Shown in pieces: positions 59,433 through 64,000 of a stretch of 64,000 bases of DNA. Source of the DNA: Candidatus Latescibacterota bacterium (GTDB taxonomy: Bacteria > Latescibacterota > UBA2968 > GCA-2709665); assembly GCA_965219455.1 (NCBI GenBank), contig OZ244744.1, positions 3,776,001 to 3,840,000 on the forward strand, read 5' to 3'. Position 1 is the stretch's first letter. Every line of letters starts with the position of its first letter. A program made the position numbers and the translations under genes. Below the pieces are notes generated by a model. That model was given only the letters and a program-made list of their open reading frames with translations. It was not told the origin of the DNA and did not search any database.

Positions 59433-60164
59433 TCAGAACGGGAGGTGGATTGCCACTTCGGTCCGGTCCGGCCCGGGCGATATGGAGATTCGCATCGACC
59501 GTGCCCGTGTCGCGGCATGTATGGAACTCGCGATGCGGTTGACAACGGTCAGGCCGACAATGACCGAGGCGCGTTTGAGCAGTTTGTTGCTCTCGTTGCG
59601 CCGGTCCTCGTAGTCGACGCGCTGGTTGGAGGCGACGTCGCCGTTTCCGGTTTCGAAGCCCACGTCGCGGACGTCGCTCCAGCCGAATACAAACTGGTTG
59701 TACTTGCCGATCATTTCGTAATACTGCTGAGTGTCCACAGTGTGGCATCCCTCCAGGGCGCGTTTACAGGGCAGAGTCTCGGTTTCAATATAGGGCGAAC
59801 CCTTGGACCGGTTGGATTGCTGCCAGGCGCGATACCGTGTTTCGTCCCAATTTTGGTCCGCAAAGGCGCGAAATTCCGCCTTGAGGTCGTTGCCCTTGCT
59901 CCGCCAGCGGAGGTAGTTGAACCACGTGAACGCTTCGATCCCGAGGAAAACAGCCGCCCGTTTCGGCTCCCCCGCGTAGAGTTCGCCCAAACCCGGAACC
60001 ATGAGAGACATCACAAAGGCCAGTTTGGGCGATTTGCCGCCGGTCTGCAGGGGTTCGTCATCCTGCAGCCATCGATTCGCGCGGGATGGGCCGTGGTCGA
60101 GCAGGTCCGCGGCATGGACCGGGAGAGCGGCCAGCAGGATCAGGAATGGAATGACGCAGCGCAC
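59433..60164 (-). CDS. DUF5683-like membrane protein
   Basis: GTG start after AGGAG; KSPKLAFVMSLMVPGLGELYAG...QQYYEMIGKYNQFVFGWSD...NRIASSIHA. Confidence 0.75.
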   Translation of the reverse strand: MRCVIPFLILLAALPVHAADLLDHGPSRANRWLQDDEPLQTGGKSPKLAFVMSLMVPGLGELYAGEPKRAAVFLGIEAFTWFNYLRWRSKGNDLKAEFRAFADQNWDETRYRAWQQSNRSKGSPYIETETLPCKRALEGCHTVDTQQYYEMIGKYNQFVFGWSDVRDVGFETGNGDVASNQRVDYEDRRNESNKLLKRASVIVGLTVVNRIASSIHAATRARSMRISISPGPDRTEVAIHLPF

Positions 60165-60186
60165 GTGAGACTCCTGTTTAAAAAAA

Positions 60187-60223
60187 GCTGTCAGCTTTCA
60201 GCCATCAGCGGTCAGCTTAAAGC
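60187..60223. repeat. Heptamer tandem repeat (GCxxTCA)n
   Basis: gctgtca gctttca gccatca gcggtca gcttaaa. Confidence 0.65.
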
Positions 60224-60276
60224 AAAAACCAAGAACCGAACAGCAAAACGTAAACGTCAGCACCGTTGTTGTCTTA

Positions 60277-60300
60277 GTAGGGGCAACTCGCGAATCGCCC
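60277..60300. repeat. GTAG-type REP
   Basis: GTAG-GGGCAACTCGCGAATCGCCC imperfect palindrome. Confidence 0.65.
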
Positions 60301-60461
60301 ACATTGCGGGCGCAGGTTCTGCGATCCCTTATCCGACCGCTTCGCACGACTTTTGCGACGAGCAAGACGTGTATTTTGTGCTGGGACAGACGGGCAATCG
60401 AAAAACCGGTCGGGTGCTGGGGTCGTCTACCGATTTTCATCTCGCCTCTCCCCGCACGAGA

Positions 60462-60570
60462 CCTACCCCCAATCCCTCTTCCTCAAGGAAGGGGGAAACT
60501 GTCATCGCTTGATGGACGCCTGGTTTCGCTCCCCCTCTCCCCCTGGGAGAGGGGGCCGGGGGGTGAGGGT
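60462..60570. repeat. Inverted pair of CCCTCACCC...CCCTCTCCC/GGGAGAGGG-type palindromic repeats
   Basis: cctacccccaatccctcttcctcaaggaaggggg and ccccctctccccctgggagagggggccggggggtgaggg. Confidence 0.7.
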
Positions 60571-60584
60571 CTCCCGTTTTACGT

Positions 60585-63500
60585 CTACCTTCCTCCGACG
60601 CTTTGCAGGTATCCGAAAAGCAGGGTGAAGTAGATTTTGAAACCGCTTTTTTCCAATACCTCGCCGGGGACAACACGCGGCAACGTGTCCATGCCGTAGG
60701 CGACGTCGAGGCTGGCGCGGGTCGGAAAGATGTAAAAGGAGGTGGCGTCGTAACGGATCTGGACACCGAGATCTCTCTTCCAGCCGCGGTTGAGCACCTT
60801 GTCCATATCGTTTCCGTCCCAGGCGCGGCCGATGCCGGCGAAGATGGATCCGAAGAGCTGGTCGGAGTAAATGGGGCCGGTCTGCCGATCCATTCCTGTC
60901 CGGATCGGGAAACGGTACGCGGCGCGAAACATGGCGACCCTCCGCCCTTCCAGGCTATAAAACGTATAACCTTTCATGTAAGGCAAGCCACCCAGAAAAT
61001 AATCGAAGTAGTCATCCACTTCTCTGTCGATCAGCCCGCCGTAGAAACGCAGCCCCAGGGTGCCGCGTCCGGGACCCACCGGCAGGTATTCGTTCCAGCT
61101 CAGTGTAAACCGGTTGTAAAAGTAGCGGTCGAACGTTTCGATCAGAAGGGACGAATTTTCTTTAAACCCGCTGATGAAGAAATTAAACTGACGGTCGTAG
61201 CGGAACCTCATCTCCCGGCCGGCTCGCGGGTTGATTTCCCGGTCTCTGGTACGGCGGATGTTGCGCATCGAATACGTGAACGCAAAATTGAAGCCATGTT
61301 GGGTGGTGGCGCCCACGCTTACTTCGTCCATGCCGTTGAAACGGGCCACGTCCTGGCCTGTGGACGACAGGTTGTAGATGAATCGGGCGTCCAGGCGGCT
61401 GCCGGTGCCAAGCCTGCGCCAGGCTCCAAGTTCCACGCCGGAGAGCGTGAATGTCTGGCTGAAGATGCGGAAGTTTTCGTCCCGGTTGAGTACGTCTTCT
61501 TCTTCGTGACGGACGGCTCGATAGGCTTCCAGAAAGACCGTGGGACGCCAACGGCGATATTCGTAGACGGCGAAGAGATCCAGGTCCCTGTCACGGGCGG
61601 CCATGGCGCCCACAAGGAGGGACTGTTTGTTGAGAATGTCGTTGGAACCGGCGAAGATACCCAGCTTCACCTTTCCCGCGTCCACGGCAATGCGGGGGTA
61701 GATCGAGCACGTGGAGAATTCGTTGCCGTAGGACCGGCCTTCCGGACCGGCTTCATCACCCGCAGCGGCGGCGGGCGGCTGCCCGTCCCCGGGCTGGAAG
61801 ATGGTGGAAGGTACCGGCTCCCACGCGCCTTTTCCGGATAGGATTCGGATCTCATATCCGGTTGCCCCGTAATGGGAGAAGGCAATCCGATGGTCTTCCG
61901 GATTGACGTGCGGTTGCAGGGCGCCGCCCAGAACGCGGGTAACGCGGTGAACGGCCCCGTCGACCAGGCCAAAATGGTAGAGATTGAAGATGCCGTCCTG
62001 ATCAGACGAAAAAACCAGACCTGCCCCATCGGGAGTCCAGGAGGGATCGCGGTCGGTGCCCGCGGAGGCGATGACGGTGCTCAACCGTCCGCCATCCGCG
62101 GGTATGATGGCGATATTCCTGGTATCCTTCGGACGGAAGACCGAACAGGCGATTTGCGAACCGTCGGGCGACCAGCGCGGCGTGTAAACCTGTGAACCGT
62201 CGTCGAACGACGTGAGCCGGCGGACGTTTTCACCGTCGACTTCCATCACGGCCAGGTTGGTCGAGCCGCGGCCGTTAACGACGAAAGCGATCTGTTTTCC
62301 ATCGGGCGAATAGGCCGGATAGCTGGCCCGGAGGCCCCGGGTCAGACGATTCTGATTGGGTGGCAATTCGAGAGATAGACCGAGTGTCGCCCTGGTTTTT
62401 TGAAACAGGCCCCTTCCCCGAGACGCGGTCGGGTCGACGGTGTAAAGATCCCGGAACCGGGAACCGTGTCTGTCGGGTGGGCTGCGGCGCGCATAAATCA
62501 GGCGGGAGCCGTTCGGTGACCAGTCCGGCGCCGTGTCGGCGCCGCCGGCGAGCGTCTCGGACGTACTGTCGGAAAGGGTATGTACAACCAGGGCGGTACG
62601 GCCGAAGTCGTTGCCCTGGTTGGACAGATAAGCCAGTTGTTTCCCATCCGCCGACCAGCGGGGGTGGAGGTTGAAGTACCCCTTGCCGTGCAGGATTTCG
62701 CCGTCGACAAGCCGTCCCTCCAGTTCGGCCTTCTGGACTTCGTACCGCTCTTCCAGGGCGGTAACCCAGCGCCGGTGGAGTTCGCGCCCGGAAATACCGA
62801 TTGCGCCACGGACCGCTGATTCGAAGTCCGTCCGCCAGAGCGTGGTCATATTGCGATAGATCCCCGGTAATTTGTCTTCACCGAAGGTGTTGACGATAAA
62901 CAGGGTGAGGGCGTAGCCGTGGTCGTACACTTTTTCAAGTCCCAGACCGGTCTTGGAGCCGAATACCCCCATTTCATCGTAGGTGAGCAGTCGGTCGTTC
63001 AAGGTGGCCATGCGCAGGATCATGTCACGGTGGGAGTCCCATCGGTCGAAATGGACGTCCGGGGCCATGTATTGGGCGGTACCTTCGGCGAACCATGGCG
63101 GTACGATGGTGAGGGGGATGGCGTAAGATGCAAAGACATCCGGATAACCCGTGAGAATATCGTCGCGCCGCTCTTCGTTCTGGTAGCCCAGATAGTGGAA
63201 GTAAACGGCAGGCAGACGCCGTGGACCCTTGCGGGCCGTCTGCAGGGCGATGATGTGGGTGAATTCATGGGCGATCACGTTCCGGAGCCAGTCGGTGTCG
63301 CCGCGCAGTTCGAAATCCAGGTTGGATGCCCAGATTTCCATGGTGTTGTGGTAATAGAAGGCCGCGCCATTGGCGTAGTCGTCGGTGTCCTTTACAATCA
63401 GGCGGATTTTTTCGTCCGGTGTGAACTTGTAAAACTTCGTAACAGGTCCGTACACGGCTTCGGCGGCCGTTGCGGCGCGACGGGCAAAGTCGGTGAGGCC

Positions 63501-63701
63501 CTGATGGTAGTATATTTTGAAGTGCGCGGTCTCCAGGACCTCCCAGCGCAATTCGGGATGGTTGGCGTCGAACTGGGCGCCTGCCGGCAGTGACGCCGAC
63601 AACATCAGGGCAAGGCAAATCCTGAAGATCGTGCCCGATGAACAACGCGTTTGGCCGTTATTGTACGCCTGCGGTCTGCATTGTATATCCATCGTAACCA
63701 T
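60585..63701 (-). CDS. Gluzincin peptidase + TolB/PD40 propeller + Omp85/BamA-like beta-barrel
   Basis: Signal peptide; W..LETAHFKIYY...VIAHEFTHI...PWFAEGTAQY; PxWSxDG repeats; C-terminal amphipathic strands with LGG...MKGY motif and AYRFP...DVAYG. Confidence 0.82.
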   Translation of the reverse strand: MVTMDIQCRPQAYNNGQTRCSSGTIFRICLALMLSASLPAGAQFDANHPELRWEVLETAHFKIYYHQGLTDFARRAATAAEAVYGPVTKFYKFTPDEKIRLIVKDTDDYANGAAFYYHNTMEIWASNLDFELRGDTDWLRNVIAHEFTHIIALQTARKGPRRLPAVYFHYLGYQNEERRDDILTGYPDVFASYAIPLTIVPPWFAEGTAQYMAPDVHFDRWDSHRDMILRMATLNDRLLTYDEMGVFGSKTGLGLEKVYDHGYALTLFIVNTFGEDKLPGIYRNMTTLWRTDFESAVRGAIGISGRELHRRWVTALEERYEVQKAELEGRLVDGEILHGKGYFNLHPRWSADGKQLAYLSNQGNDFGRTALVVHTLSDSTSETLAGGADTAPDWSPNGSRLIYARRSPPDRHGSRFRDLYTVDPTASRGRGLFQKTRATLGLSLELPPNQNRLTRGLRASYPAYSPDGKQIAFVVNGRGSTNLAVMEVDGENVRRLTSFDDGSQVYTPRWSPDGSQIACSVFRPKDTRNIAIIPADGGRLSTVIASAGTDRDPSWTPDGAGLVFSSDQDGIFNLYHFGLVDGAVHRVTRVLGGALQPHVNPEDHRIAFSHYGATGYEIRILSGKGAWEPVPSTIFQPGDGQPPAAAAGDEAGPEGRSYGNEFSTCSIYPRIAVDAGKVKLGIFAGSNDILNKQSLLVGAMAARDRDLDLFAVYEYRRWRPTVFLEAYRAVRHEEEDVLNRDENFRIFSQTFTLSGVELGAWRRLGTGSRLDARFIYNLSSTGQDVARFNGMDEVSVGATTQHGFNFAFTYSMRNIRRTRDREINPRAGREMRFRYDRQFNFFISGFKENSSLLIETFDRYFYNRFTLSWNEYLPVGPGRGTLGLRFYGGLIDREVDDYFDYFLGGLPYMKGYTFYSLEGRRVAMFRAAYRFPIRTGMDRQTGPIYSDQLFGSIFAGIGRAWDGNDMDKVLNRGWKRDLGVQIRYDATSFYIFPTRASLDVAYGMDTLPRVVPGEVLEKSGFKIYFTLLFGYLQSVGGR

Positions 63702-63708
63702 CAGACGT

Positions 63709-63999
63709 TTATTTGATGATCGCGGTTTTTACGAACCGGACTTCGGATCGTTCTTCCGAGATGGCTTCCACGCGGCATACGTAGAAACCGCTGGCATAGT
63801 CGCCGGTGTTCCAGCGGAGTTCATTGTCCGTACGGGGCGTCGGATTTTCCATGGCCATCCGGTCCACGATTTCTCCCATCGCGTTGAGCACGGCCACCTG
63901 GATACGGGCGTCGTTCCCCAGGAAAAACCGAATGGTTGCCGACGTCCCTCGTACGGGGTTGGGATAGCAGTAGATCTGGTCCGGCGGCAGGAGCAGCGA
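63709..63999 (-). CDS. C-terminal fragment of a protein with a T9SS type-A / FlgD-like sorting domain (runs off the window)
   Basis: The frame is open to the window edge: IYCYPNPV...TIRF...VLNAMGEIV...LRWN...ASGFYVCRVEA...VKTAIIK. Confidence 0.75.
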   Translation of the reverse strand, partial: SLLLPPDQIYCYPNPVRGTSATIRFFLGNDARIQVAVLNAMGEIVDRMAMENPTPRTDNELRWNTGDYASGFYVCRVEAISEERSEVRFVKTAIIK

Positions 64000-64000
64000 C

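Overview
GC-rich bacterial DNA, most likely from a diderm, host-associated organism. The repeat-protein content resembles Latescibacterota/Gemmatimonadota-like sponge symbionts, but this is an inference. From ~225 to 52332 there is an almost uninterrupted plus-strand array of secreted modular proteins. They are built from a small, reshuffled parts kit: YWTD/LDL-receptor propellers, WD40, three LRR types, CARDB, cadherin, FN3, Big_1, GLUG, a five-repeat GIWSDG propeller, and metzincin, M8, C11-like and M48 peptidases. Thirteen proteins carry a twin-EF-hand dockerin-like module that falls into two sequence classes. Two of these proteins also carry cohesin-like domains directly in front of their own dockerin. 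Together this suggests a non-cellulolytic, cellulosome-like cohesin-dockerin system that displays eukaryote-like repeat proteins and proteases, with no recognisable glycoside hydrolase. Inside the array lie a BamE-like lipoprotein with four tandem paralogues, two small beta-barrels, composite MITE/REP elements, and an internally deleted IS1380 carrying nested in-frame mini-palindromes. The right end is core-like: an NRAMP-family transporter, a TPR-eno-YkgJ operon under a consensus sigma70 promoter, and a minus-strand operon encoding a peptidase-PD40-Omp85 protein, two DUF5683-like proteins and an M30-like dockerin peptidase. No rRNA, tRNA, CRISPR array, integrase or reverse transcriptase was seen.
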